This document shows positions 1 to 11,875 of a stretch of DNA of 64,000 nucleotides, in pieces; the stretch's first letter is position 1; each line of letters starts with the position of its first letter. Below the pieces are notes generated by a model. It worked only from the letters and a program-made list of their open reading frames with translations, was not told the origin of the DNA and did not search any database. The DNA comes from Dictyostelium discoideum (taxonomy: Eukaryota), in the NCBI GenBank assembly GCA_000004695.1, contig CM000152.2, forward strand, positions 5,568,001 through 5,632,000. The letters are read 5' to 3'. A program made the translations under genes and the position numbers.

Positions 1-1532
1 TGAAATTGGGTAAATCTGAAATTTTCATTGATAAAATCTCTACCATTCCAAGATTAGAACAAAGAATTCAAGCATTACATTTCAAATTGAATTTCCCTGA
101 TAAATTATATCATGCAAAACCAGACATTAGAAAATTCAATGAGGCATTTGTTCAACTTCAAAATAATAATATATTTGCAATTATGGAGTTAATTCTTTCC
201 ATTGGTAATTTCATTAATTTTGGTACAAATCGTGGTAATGCAAGTGGTTTCAAAATAGATTCAATCAATAAAATGGCTGATACAAAATCAAATATTCGTG
301 AAAAGTATACACTAGTTCATTATCTCATTGAGTTATTAGAAAGTACTCAACCAGAATTATTAAAAGTTTTCGATGAAATTCCATCAGTTGTTGATGCTGC
401 TACTCTTTCATTTAATCAATCATCTTCTGAAATTAAATTATTAAGAGCTGGTTTAATTAAATTAGAAAAAGAAATTTTTGTTAGACAACCAAAATCAGTT
501 GAACCAAAACCAGATGATGAAACTATTAATAATAATGGTGAAGATGATATAAATAATACCTCTAGTGATGAAAAAACTGAAGGTCAACAACAAAGACAAG
601 GAGAAGAAGAAGAAAATGATGAAAGTGAATCAACTGGTAATAGTTTTGCTGATAGTTTAAAGAAAAAGAAATCTCAAGTTAATACAAATTCAACATCAGA
701 TTCAAAACAATCATTAGAACCACTTAAAGATGATGATCCATTAAAATTGAAATTGTCAGAATTTTTATTAGCATCAAAGACAGAATTGGATGATACTGAA
801 ACTTTGATAGCAGAGACAGAGGTTCTCTTTAAATCGATTTGTAAATTCTTTGGTGAGGATAGTACAAAAATTCAACCAGAAGAATTTTTAGCAATCTTTA
901 AAAAGTTTAATGATAAATTTATAATGTCTAAAAAGGATTTGGAAATTGAAAAATCCATTAAAGATAAATCAACTCAAAGAAAGAATGAAAAGGAGAGAAA
1001 AGAAATGGAGATTAAAAAATCGAAATTGGAAATGATTCATTCGAAATTAAAGAAAATTGGTTCACCTTCATCCTCCAATAGAATTCTTGCTAGTAATGAA
1101 TCATCACCAACCTCTTCCACAAGTTCAGTGGTTCATCAACATGATGATGAAGATGAAGAAACTATCAAAGAGTATATCAATAATCCAAGTCCATCTCAAC
1201 AATCAAATTCTTCAGAGGAAGAAGGAATGATGGATGATTTATTGAATTTAATTCGTGATGGTAATTTCAGAGAATTGAGAAGGATGAATCTTCAACAAAA
1301 GAAACCAGTTAGAACTAAAAGAGTAATTGCTAAACAACCAACTCGTCCACAAGCTTTAGATACACCTTCTTCAACATATTCTTCAATCTCATCTATATAT
1401 GATGCTGAACCTCTTGATATGAGTGATCAAGAAGATGAAGATGAAGAAGAAGAAGAAGATGAAGAGGAGGAAGAAGAAGAAGAGGAAGGAGATGACGATA
1501 ATGATAACGATGAAGAAGAAGGTGAAAACTAA
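1..1532 (+). CDS. Formin, C-terminal part of the FH2 domain plus acidic D/E-rich tail. 5' end lies upstream of the window; stop TAA at 1530-1532.
   Basis: The frame is open from base 3. The translation GNFINFGTNRGNASGFKIDSINKMADTKSNIREKYTLVHYLIELL...LLKVFDEIP matches the conserved C-terminal half of formin FH2 domains (GNxxGFKL/I..L..L.DTKS....TLLHYL). It ends in a poly-Asp/Glu tail. Confidence 0.75.
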   Translation, partial: KLGKSEIFIDKISTIPRLEQRIQALHFKLNFPDKLYHAKPDIRKFNEAFVQLQNNNIFAIMELILSIGNFINFGTNRGNASGFKIDSINKMADTKSNIREKYTLVHYLIELLESTQPELLKVFDEIPSVVDAATLSFNQSSSEIKLLRAGLIKLEKEIFVRQPKSVEPKPDDETINNNGEDDINNTSSDEKTEGQQQRQGEEEENDESESTGNSFADSLKKKKSQVNTNSTSDSKQSLEPLKDDDPLKLKLSEFLLASKTELDDTETLIAETEVLFKSICKFFGEDSTKIQPEEFLAIFKKFNDKFIMSKKDLEIEKSIKDKSTQRKNEKERKEMEIKKSKLEMIHSKLKKIGSPSSSNRILASNESSPTSSTSSVVHQHDDEDEETIKEYINNPSPSQQSNSSEEEGMMDDLLNLIRDGNFRELRRMNLQQKKPVRTKRVIAKQPTRPQALDTPSSTYSSISSIYDAEPLDMSDQEDEDEEEEEDEEEEEEEEEGDDDNDNDEEEGEN

Positions 1533-2014
1533 AGAAAAAAATAATACATTATACTTTATAAAAATACTTAATAAAAATATAAAAATAAAAATATAAAATA
1601 AATAATTGTTTTTTTTATTTCATTCCTTTATTAATAAATTAATTTGAATTTCCTGTTTAAAATTATTATTAACTAATAAAATTACAAAAAGGATTAAATA
1701 TACTCAATATCAAACTAGTTTGGTGGACTTAAATTCTAAAAATAGTTTTAAACAATGTTTTTTTTTTTTTATTTTTTCATTTTTTTTACTATACTTTTTT
1801 TTAAAAAATAGTTAAATGTGATTTTATAAGTTGTAATTAAATTTATGCGCATTTATTTAAATTAATTATTTTTTTTAATAAATTAATGATACTATTTTTA
1901 TAGTAAACAATAAAGTTTTTTTAAGACAATTTTTTTAATATATACAAATGAACTCCATTATATAAGAAATTCACTTTTTTTTTTTTTTTTTTTTTTTTTT
2001 TCAATCCTTTAATT

Positions 2015-2865
2015 TTAAATTTGTTCCATTCCTTTTGTAGAATATTTTGAAATTACATTAATTAAAGCTGAAGCCTTTTCAGAATTTTTACTTGTAAAAG
2101 CTGGTGTATTTCTTAATGATGCAGCACCTCCAACCACTAAAAAAAAAAACAAATTAATTAGTTTTTTTGTTCAAAAACCAAAAAATTTTTTTTAAAAAAA
2201 AAAAAATAATAACATAAATAAATAAATAAATAATTACTTTTTTGGTAAAGGAAGTTTCTAAAGGAATCATCTTTTTCAAAGATTGGTGGATCAGGTAATG
2301 GTGGGCCATAGTTTGGAACTTCATCTCTATTTGAAATTGAAACTCTATATTTAATTTTATTTGATGGTGTTGGAGAATTTGAATTGATTGTTGGGGATGT
2401 GGTTGTAGTAGTTGTTGTGGTTGTTGTTAAGGATGGTGATGGTTGTTCACCAACTACTCTATTTTCATCATTTGAAATACCAATTGTTGTTTTACTATTA
2501 CCAACAAAATTTTTAATTGGTTGAATTAAAATAATAATTTCTAAAAATAAAAAAAATAGTAAAATTAATATTTATATACACATATACACACATATATACA
2601 TATAAAACTATTTAATAAAATTATAATTCCAAAATTTATAAAATATACATACGAGTTGATTTTGATTTAATACAGTTTGGTGACATTGGTTTTGAACCAT
2701 CATTAAATATTATAACAACTCTATCTAATGATATTAACTTTCTTCTTTCAGATTGTTTTGGATCACTTGGAAAGAATGGTAACATTGTTGCAACATGATA
2801 CATTACCTCAACATCATTAATTTGTGAATAAATTGAATGTGTGCCATGTGAATTATCTTTTTTAA

Positions 2866-2897
<32 letters not shown>

Positions 2898-3588
2898 TAT
2901 GTTAATACTAATAATAATTGAAAAAAAAAAAAAAAAAGATTTGAATTAATTAAATCTTACTTTTAATATCTAAGCCACCATTGAATTTTGAAAAATCTTT
3001 TAATTCTACTTTTTCACCCAAAAAATTTAAAAAATCATTATATTCTTGAGAAACATTTGAGCTGATATTTTTAAGCATATCATTATCATCACGTTGAGAC
3101 TCTTTGCAATAGAGTAGAGCAGATTTAATAACTTTATTAAATTCTGGTTCACAAACTTTTACTAACTCTTCTTGAATTGATTTATCTGTAACTTTACATA
3201 GAGGTACCTTTGTTAATTCTGGACGGACACTTGTAATAACATTCAATGATGTTGGTCTCATTTTAAGGAATGATCTTGTTGTTTTTGATTTTTGTAATGA
3301 ATCTTTATTTGCTCTTACCTCTTCAAATCCTTTTTCAGTACAAACTAATAAATAGAAATCATCTGATGAATTACCAACCTTTTTAATACAAACTAAAATT
3401 GGACCATTAGGTGAACTTAAACTCATAAACGTTTTATGAGGTTTACCATAGAATTGTTGTTTATATATTGATGCCATAACTTTATTATTATCATTATTAT
3501 TGTTATTTTGATTGAAATTATTATTCCAATTTGTTTCTCCATCAGTTACACCACCTTCAATTCTATATCCTTCACAATGTGAAAACAT
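2015..3588 (-). CDS. Rap GTPase-activating protein (Rap1GAP-family catalytic domain). 4 exons, approx 3588..2961, 2856..2653, 2540..2230, 2136..2015.
   Basis: ATG at 3588. Exon 1 encodes ...DFLNFLGEKVELKDFSKFNGGLDIKS. Exon 2 encodes NNSHGTHSIYSQINDVEVMYHVATMLPFF...ERRKLISLDRVVIIF. Exon 3 encodes ...VPNYGPPLPDPPIFEKDDSFRNFL. These match the Rap1GAP catalytic core ([24 protein letters not shown] / EIMFHVSTKLPY / VPFFGPPLPDPAVF). Donors are GTAAGA, GTATGT and GTAATT, with (A/T)nAG acceptors. Phases are consistent and the stop is TAA. Confidence 0.8.
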
Positions 3589-4245
3589 TTTTATTTAAAA
3601 TATATATATATATATATATTTTATTTTATATTATTACTTTTTTTTTATTTATTTTTAATTATTGTTTTATTATTTTATTATTATTATTATTTTTTATTTA
3701 TTTTTTATTTCTAATTTTATATTATTACTTTTTTTTTTTTTTTTTTTTTTCTTATTAAATCAATTTATGTATATGTGTTGGGATTTTTTTTTTATTTTTA
3801 TTTTTATTTTAATTTTTTTTTTTATTCTTTTTTTTTTATTTTTTTTATTGTTTTTTTTGATATGTTTTTAAAATAATTTTATAAAAAATTCTAAATGTGG
3901 AATGAAATGTTTAATTAATTATTTTATTTGAACAATATAAAATTTTTATATATACTAATTTTGATTAATAATTGATAGTTTTTCTATGAGTGTTATTATT
4001 ATAATTTTCAAAAAAAAAAAAATAATAAAAACAATTGATATTGGGGTCCAAAAAAAAAAAAAAAGATAATACTGATGAAAATATTGATGTTTTAAAATAA
4101 AAAAATGTAATAATTGATTTATTTTTAAATATTAATTTTAATAATAATAATAAAAATAATAATAACAAAAAAAAAAAAAAAAAACCTTAATGTTGGAATT
4201 GATTTATTTTTAAATATTAATTTTAATAATAATAATAAATAAAAA

Positions 4246-4292
<47 letters not shown>

Positions 4293-4451
4293 TATTATCA
4301 CAAACTGACACTCCCCCTTTTAAATCTATTTTTGTCACTCACTAAAAAAATAATAAAAATAAAAAAATAAAAAAAATAAAAAAAAATAAAAAAAAAACAC
4401 ACACACACACACAACTAAACCCACAAAGATAATGCACAAAAGCATTAATTT

Positions 4452-4491
<40 letters not shown>

Positions 4492-5808
4492 TTTGGGTTA
4501 AATGATATTAATATATAAATAGAAGTGCACATGATTGAGAGAGATTTCAATATTAATTTTTAACAAAAATTGGATGATCAACGAATCATACAATTTAAAT
4601 ATATAATTTTTATCATCTCACACAAAAATACACACTAACACACCCCAAAAATACAAAGAATTAAATTCTAAAAAAAATAAAAATAAAAATAGAAAATAAA
4701 AAAAAAAAAAAAGAAAAAAAAAAACACTATTTTTTGATATTGGATTATTAAATATATATATAAAAATTTTATTATTTTTTTTTTTTATCTGTTTTCTATT
4801 CTTTGTTAAGTTTTTTTTTTTTTTTATTTCTTGTGGAATTTGCCTTGATTTAAAAGAACAAAAAAAAAAAAAAAAACACCTTTTTATAAATTTTTTTTAA
4901 ACTATTATTATAATATATTTCCATGTTTAAAAAAAAAGACACTTTTTTTAAAACAAATAATTTTTTTTTTTTTTTTTTTTATTTTAAAAATTTTACAATT
5001 ATTTGTTTTAGAGCGATTGCCTTGTGAAAAAATAATTTTTAAATTAAGTTTAAAAAAAAAGACACTTTTAAATTAAATTGTTATATTCAAACACAAATAA
5101 ATAAAAAAAAAATAAAATAATAATAATAATAATAAAATGTTAATATAATTTTTTATTCGTAGATTTTTATTTATTGTTATTTTTTAAAATCTATTTGTTT
5201 TCGGATCTTTTTTTTAAAAAAAAAAAAAAAAAATATGTGAATATATATTTATATATATTTTTAAAAATAAGGATAAACAAATGGATTGTCAACTGATCAG
5301 TTTTTTAAAAAAAAAAAAAAATACCACAACAATGGTTTTCAACTGGCAAATTGCAAATTTTATTTTTATTTTTTTTTTATTTTTTTATTTTTTTATTTTT
5401 TTTATTTTTTTAATTTTTTATTTTTTTATTATTCTTCACCTGCGATATTTGAAACAGTTAAATTTCCTTTAAATAGTATAATTTTTATTTATTATTATTT
5501 TTCCCCTTCTTTTTCAAATATGTATAATTAAAATAAAAGTAAAGTTTTTTTAATATTATTATTTATTTTTTTTTTCTCTTATATTTGATCAAAAAAAAAA
5601 ATAATAATAATAATAGTAATAATAATAATAATTAAAAAAAAATAACATAAAAAGAAAAGAAAAAAAATATTCGAAAATAAAAAAAAGAAAAAATAATTAA
5701 AAACAGATAATAACTTAAATTTTGTTTAGTGTTTTCAATGTAATGAACTATTTAAATTAATTTTGGTGTTCTTTGAAATTTGAACCGTCAAAAAAAAAAA
5801 TCATTTTT

Positions 5809-5844
<36 letters not shown>

Positions 5845-5952
5845 CATTTAAATTGAATTTTTATTAATTTTTTTTTTTTCTCACATCACCTCCAACAAAT
5901 AACAACCAACTTTAATTTTTCAATTTTTTTTTTTTATTATTTTTATTTTTAA

Positions 5953-5983
<31 letters not shown>

Positions 5984-6240
5984 TTTTTTTCTAAATACAA
6001 AAAGGAAAATTTCTTTACCCCACAATAAAAAAAAAAAAATATAAAAAAATAAAAAAATAAAAATTAAATTTTTTTAAAAAAAAAAAAAAAAAAAAATATT
6101 ATAATTAAACAACTCCTCTCATACGACAAATATATAAATATAGATACATAATAGTAATAATAATAATAATAAAAATAGAGTAAATCAAATCAAATATATT
6201 ATAATATACATTAAACAACACAAACACAATAACTATTAAA

Positions 6241-8373
6241 ATGTATGGCAGAACTGCAAGAGCCTCTGAGCTCTTGGATAATTTAAAAGGTGAGATTGAT
6301 GCCCTCAACCATGAATTATCATTATATAAACACCAAAAAGATGACTATGAAAGAAAATGTATGTAAAATTTATAAATAATTTTTTTTTTTTTAAAAAAAT
6401 TTATAATTAAATAATGTAATAGTTCAAAATCAATTAGCAGAATTAAATACAATACAACAAACATTATATGATTTGGAGAGGGGTCAAAATAAGATGAAGA
6501 TACATTATGAAGAGGAGATTAGACAATTAAAGAGACAACTTGAACAACAAAATATAAATGCCAGTCAAAGAGATTTGAATAGTCCTTCAACATTTAGATC
6601 AAATAGTCCAGCTCCACCAGCACAACATAATAACAACAACAATAATATCATCAACAACAACAATAATAATAACAATAATAATAATAACATGCAAAGAAAT
6701 ACACCAACCCCAACTATTCCTGATAAAGGTCAACCAAAACAAAGACAACGTTCAGGATCTGGCGAATTTTATCAACAACCAGGTTTAGGTCCACAACAAT
6801 TAAATTTCCAACAATTAAATTTACAACAACAACAACAACAATTACAACAACAACAACAACAAGGAAGTGGTCAATCTTTCCCATCATTATCACCATTAGA
6901 TTCAAATAGACATCCAAAAGAAATGGGTAATAATATGAGTGGTAATAGTATGAGTATGAATAACAATAATAACAATTTAAATAAAAAACCAGATATGGAA
7001 GAAGTTAAAGAAGAAGATAGAAGAAGACAGTATGTATTCATTTTATTTAAATTTTTTAATAATTACATCACACACACTCATATATATATAAATATTAATA
7101 TATTTCTTTTTATTATTTTTTAAATCAATAATAGTGATACTGAAATGAGTGAAGAGAATGGTAAAGAAAAAGGTACAGATTGGTTAGTTGGATATAATCC
7201 AAGTGTTCAAACAAACCTAAATATTGATCTTCTTCATAATTTACAACACAATAGTGTTGTTTGTTGTGTAAACTTTAGTAATGATGGTAAGTATTTGGCT
7301 ACTGGTTGTAACAGAAGTGCTCAAATCTATGATGTAGATACCGGTAAAAAAGTTCAGTAAGTAATTTATTTTTATTTAAAAAAAAAAAAAAAAAAAAGAA
7401 ATTAAAATATTAATTTATTTTTATTATTATTATTATTATAATTATTATTATTATTATAGTGCATTTGTTGATGAAAGTGAAAAAGATGGAGATTTATATA
7501 TTAGATCAGTATGTTTTTCACCAGATGGTAACTATTTAGCAACTGGTGCTGAAGATAAAACTGTTAAAGTTTGGGATATTCACACTAAAAAGATTCAACA
7601 TACTTTCTATGGTCATGAATTGGATATCTATTCTTTGGATTACTCAAGCGATGGTAGATTCATTGTCTCTGGTAGTGGTGATAAGAAAGCAAAAATCTGG
7701 GATATTGAAAAAGGTAAATGTGCTTTCACACTTGGTAATGAAGAAGTTGGTCCAAAGAATGGTGTAACTTCTGTTGCTATGTCACCTGATGGTAGATTGG
7801 TTGCAGCTGTATGTATAAAGAATTATAATAGTAATAGTAATAACAATGATAAAGTGAGAGATATAAAGAGTTAAATTTAAACTAACATTTTTTTTTTATT
7901 TTTTTAATTTTATTTTTTAAAAAAAAAAGGGTTCATTGGATAATATTGTACGTTTATGGGATGCTCAAACTGGTTATTTCTTAGAGAGATATGAAGGCCA
8001 TTTAGATTCAGTTTATTCAGTTGCATTCTCACCAGACGGTAAATCTTTAGCATCAGGTAGTCTTGATAAATCCTTGAAACTTTGGGATTTATCCGGTTCT
8101 AGATCACGTTCAAGATGTAGAGCTACCTTTAATGGTCACAAAGATTTTGTCTTATCTGTAGCATTTTCACCAGACGGTAGTTGGTTAATTTCTGGTTCAA
8201 AGGATAGATCAGTCCAATTTTGGGATCCAAGAAATGGTACCACTCATATGATGTTACAAGGTCATAAGAATTCTGTAATTAGTGTTGCCCTCTCTCCAAA
8301 GAATAATTCTCATGGTGTGTTTGCTACTGGTTCAGGTGATTTCCGTTCAAGATTATGGAAATATGACTCTTAA
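6241..8373 (+). CDS. tupA: Tup1/Groucho-type transcriptional corepressor. N-terminal coiled-coil Tup_N region, Gln/Asn-rich linker and C-terminal WD40 propeller. 5 exons, approx 6241..6358, 6423..7029, 7135..7356, 7460..7808, 7930..8373.
   Basis: Exon 1 encodes [39 protein letters not shown], then a GTATGT intron. The WD repeats read [21 protein letters not shown]..., [99 protein letters not shown]. The C-terminus [16 protein letters not shown] parallels yeast Tup1 ATGSGDCKARIWKY. The symbol is inferred from Dictyostelium nomenclature and not verified. Confidence 0.85.
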
Positions 8374-8768
8374 ACAATTCCACCTCTCTCACTCTCCCTC
8401 CCCCTCCACTCTCGATAATTCATATTCTTTAATTACAACTTTAATATGAAAAAAAAAAAAAAAAAAAAAAAAAAGAAAAAAAAAATTTAAAAAAAAAAAG
8501 AAAAAAAAAAAGAAAAAAAAAAAAAAAAAAACTAAAATAATTCTCTTAATGAATTATGTATTAAAAGTAACAACAATCCACAATAATCCCAAAATAAAAA
8601 ATAAAATAAATAAAAAAACTGAATAAATTAAAAATATTTTGTATTATTGATTTCAATTATTTCATTTTTTTTTTTTCAGTCTTTGATATCCTAAAACTAC
8701 TTTTTTTTATTACTTGGAATTATTTTTTATTTATACAAATTATTATTATTATTATTTATTTTATATCA

Positions 8769-10232
8769 CTATATAAAGATAAGTTCTTTTACATTTGGTA
8801 AATCATTTTCTTGAATTATATGATCATATAACCGATTACAAATTGTTAATGATTTTACAGAAGGAATAATAAATGTGTCAAGTTTTTTATTAAAACTAGA
8901 ACCCAATTCTAATGATTCAACCAAAGGTATTACATTAATTGGAATATCTTGATTAAATTTATAACCTAATCTTAATTTTTTAATTGAATCCATGGATCCA
9001 ACTATTAATGGTTTATTAAATTCTGCACCAAGTTTTAAATATTTTAAATTATTAGGAAGATAACCTTTGTTAATTGATTGATTATATCTATCACCCAATA
9101 TTAATGAAGTTATTGAAGTTGATGATAGATTTGCATTTTCAAGTGGTTGATCAAAACAATAACCAAGTTCTAATGATATAATTGATTTTGGAATAGAGTA
9201 TGATTGTAACATTTGGTTAAAAATTCCTGTAATTGATAATGATGTACAAGAATTTGGTATTGAACCTTCAATTAGTGGTTTATCAAATGATACACCTAAA
9301 AATAAATCAACAACAGAGTTTGGTATTGAATTTGGTAAAAGGTTTTGATTAAAATTACTTTTAAATGTTAATTTTAATAAAGAACAAGGTAAATCACCTG
9401 GTGAAATTGGATGATTAAATTTTGAAAATGTTAAATCTGTAATGGATTGACCAAATGAATTTGCTATGATTGGTTGTGACCAACCATTTCCAAAATAAAG
9501 TGTTTTCAATTGTGATGGAAGTTGACCAATTTGAATTTGTTGATTGAAATTATTACCAAATATTAATGTAGTAATACAAGTTGCACCTAAATTTGCATTC
9601 TCTAATGATTGATTAAATGAATGACCAAAATTTAGTAATGTTAAACTTTGTGGTATTGAATATTCTACAATGGGTTGATTAAATAATAAACCAAATTCTA
9701 AAGTTTCCAATTGTTCAGGTAAGCAATCTTGTTGAATTGCTTGATTAAATATTGAAAATCTAATAGTTTTAACTGAATTTGGAATTGATCCATATGATAA
9801 CTGCTCATCATATCCTAATAAATTCAATTCTGTAATGGAGTCTGATTCAAAATATCCCTCTCTTAAATATCTCTTAAAATTTGGAAGTGATAGTTTAGTT
9901 ATTGATTTTGGTAATTTAATTGTTGACGGTTCCATATTATCCAAAATAATAATTGATTTTAAAAAATTTTTATTTTTATATTTATTTAATCTTTTTATAT
10001 CTAAAAAGGTTTTTTCATTCTCACCTATTCTTTCAATCGTACCTTTTAATAATTGATTTGAAATAATTTTTCTTAAATATTTATTTTTCCAAATTTTATT
10101 ATAAAATAATTCACCAATTTCATTATCATTTAAAATTTTAATCAATTGATTTTCTTTATTATCATTCCTAATTAATTTAAATATTAAACTATATTCTTTA
10201 ATAATTATAATTGTACGATTTCTATTATTCAT
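8769..10232 (-). CDS. FNIP-repeat protein (Dictyostelid-specific ~22-aa repeat family), single exon.
   Basis: The 487-aa ORF has about 15 tandem copies of the F-N-x-P-(I/L) repeat unit (LKFGxxFNQPIxxGxLPxSLxxL). FNIP repeats are characteristic of Dictyostelium. Confidence 0.8.
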   Translation of the reverse strand: MNNRNRTIIIIKEYSLIFKLIRNDNKENQLIKILNDNEIGELFYNKIWKNKYLRKIISNQLLKGTIERIGENEKTFLDIKRLNKYKNKNFLKSIIILDNMEPSTIKLPKSITKLSLPNFKRYLREGYFESDSITELNLLGYDEQLSYGSIPNSVKTIRFSIFNQAIQQDCLPEQLETLEFGLLFNQPIVEYSIPQSLTLLNFGHSFNQSLENANLGATCITTLIFGNNFNQQIQIGQLPSQLKTLYFGNGWSQPIIANSFGQSITDLTFSKFNHPISPGDLPCSLLKLTFKSNFNQNLLPNSIPNSVVDLFLGVSFDKPLIEGSIPNSCTSLSITGIFNQMLQSYSIPKSIISLELGYCFDQPLENANLSSTSITSLILGDRYNQSINKGYLPNNLKYLKLGAEFNKPLIVGSMDSIKKLRLGYKFNQDIPINVIPLVESLELGSSFNKKLDTFIIPSVKSLTICNRLYDHIIQENDLPNVKELIFI

Positions 10233-10386
10233 TTTTTTAAACTAAAATAAAAAAAAAAAAAAAAATCAAATCAAAAAAAAAGTAAAAAAAAAAAAAAAAA
10301 AAAAAATCATTGAGAGTTTTAAATTTAAGTTTTTTCTAAAAAAAATCATTGAGAGGAAAAAAAAAAAGGTAACCAACCTATTGATT

Positions 10387-10523
10387 CCATCAGGCTTATT
10401 TTCGTCATCACTTATTAACAAAATGATATTGCCCCATAAAATTGTTACAAAATGGAAGAGGTAACAATTTTATGAGGCAATATTATAATGCTAATAAGTG
10501 ATGACGAAACTAAGCTTGATGAT
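10387..10523. repeat. Long imperfect inverted repeat (hairpin). Arms ~61 nt at ~88% complementarity, 12-nt loop aaaatggaagag. It is embedded in a relatively GC-richer non-coding block (~10380-10760).
   Basis: Left arm: catcaggcttattttcgtcatcacttattaacaaaatgatattgccccataaaattgttac. Reverse complement of right arm: catcatcaagcttagtttcgtcatcacttattagcattataatattgcctcataaaattgttac. The flanks are A/T homopolymers. No conserved ORF lies across it. Confidence 0.6.
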
Positions 10524-11875
10524 GATAAAGGAAATTTTAAAAAAAAAAAAAAATCCTCGTTATTTATGATTTCTTCTGATACATCATCGAGACACCATGC
10601 CAATGCCACCATCCTATCTGCCATATCTTCCAAGGCAGGTTTGCCTCATTGAAAGAATTGTACTCCAAGTTTCTGGTTGTGAAAACTGAACTATCACCAC
10701 AAATTAACAAGAAGCTCCTCCATTTTCTTGGGATAATTTCCAAATATTGATAAAAAAGATGTTTGCAAAATTTGCCATTTAAATTATTTGATGTGTAATT
10801 ACATTTTTAAAAAAAAACAATTTAAAATATATTTATATTATAATTAATTACTTATATTTGTTAATGATTATTTTATTTATATTTGTTAATAAAATAAAAA
10901 ATAAGGGAATTTTAAAAGAGCTTTAAATAGTTTCTTGATTTACAACGAATTCAAATTTTTAATTTTATTAAATTTTATTTTAATTATTTTTTTATTTATT
11001 TTATTTTAATTTTTTTTTTTTTTTTTTTTTTGAAATTCAATGGTTATGGATATTTATTTAACAAATCAAATTATTTAAAAGGTATGTTAATTTATTGATT
11101 ATTTAAAAGGTATGTCAATTTTTTTATTGATTTTCTATTTTAATTTAAAAAGTTTTTAAAATCTTTTGGGAAAATGAAATGGAACAAAAAAAAAAAAAAA
11201 AAAATAACTTAATAATATTTAAATTATTTATTATTATTTTTAATATAGAGCCTAAGTTTATTAAAAAAAAAAAAAATTCATTAACTCCCATAACCATAAT
11301 CTAATCAAATAAATCAATATTTATCAGTTATCTTTTGGAAAATGAATAAAAAGTAAAAAATAAAAATAATTTAAAAACAATAGTAAGGAAATTCAACCAA
11401 TATTTAATTTTATTTACCCCCTCACCATATTAAAAATAATTATTATTTTAAGTTATTATAACTAAAGATAAAAAAATTATTATTAATATTAAAGTAATAT
11501 TATTAGTTATGGATTCAAAGTGAAAAATAAAAAAAAAGTAAAAAAAACTGGATTAAAAAAAAAAAAGATCACCTGAACACCTTAAAGAAAGATTGGAGAG
11601 AAGATTGAATGCATTACAATTAGGTGTAGAAATTGGTAATGAATATAGAAATGATAAAGTTAGACAATCACATAGGGGACTCCAACATTTTCAAAAGAAC
11701 AATATCAATTATTGGTTACCATTGTTGTTGAATTGGTTAAAAAAAAAACAAAATTTAGGTATGAATGAAATTGCTCAATTTCTTAATAATAATCAATTAA
11801 ATAAATAAAAGAAAAATAAAACTTTTTTTTTTTTTTTGGCGAGTTGTAAATTAAAATTTTATTTACTGTGTTGTT

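Noticed and set aside
3531-5531. Several 60-80-aa ORFs in the track (3531..3758, 3662..3871, 3965..4168, 4335..4550, 5281..5531) that are mostly poly-Phe/Ile/Leu/Lys.
   Set aside because: They are translations of A/T homopolymer intergenic DNA. They have no codon structure and no start context. This is typical noise in ~80% AT sequence. Similar ORFs at 14126-14460, 15164-15376, 21659-21913, 25035-25223, 30718-32436, 35411-35629, 38770-38964, 41689-41940, 51515-51709, 53526-53837, 55013-55204, 56544-56738 and 58387-58669 are rejected for the same reason.
10445-10633. 62-aa minus-strand ORF (MEDMADRMVALAWCLDD...) and an ~80-codon startless minus frame (KCNYTSNNLNGKFCKHLFYQYLEIIPRKWRSFLLICGDSSVFTTRNLEYNSFNEANLPWKIWQIGWWHWHGVSMMYQKKS) in the GC-richer island.
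   Set aside because: No recognisable domain, no splice-compatible partners, and the frames overlap. The block is treated as non-coding (see hairpin finding). A degenerate transposon ORF cannot be excluded without a repeat-library search.
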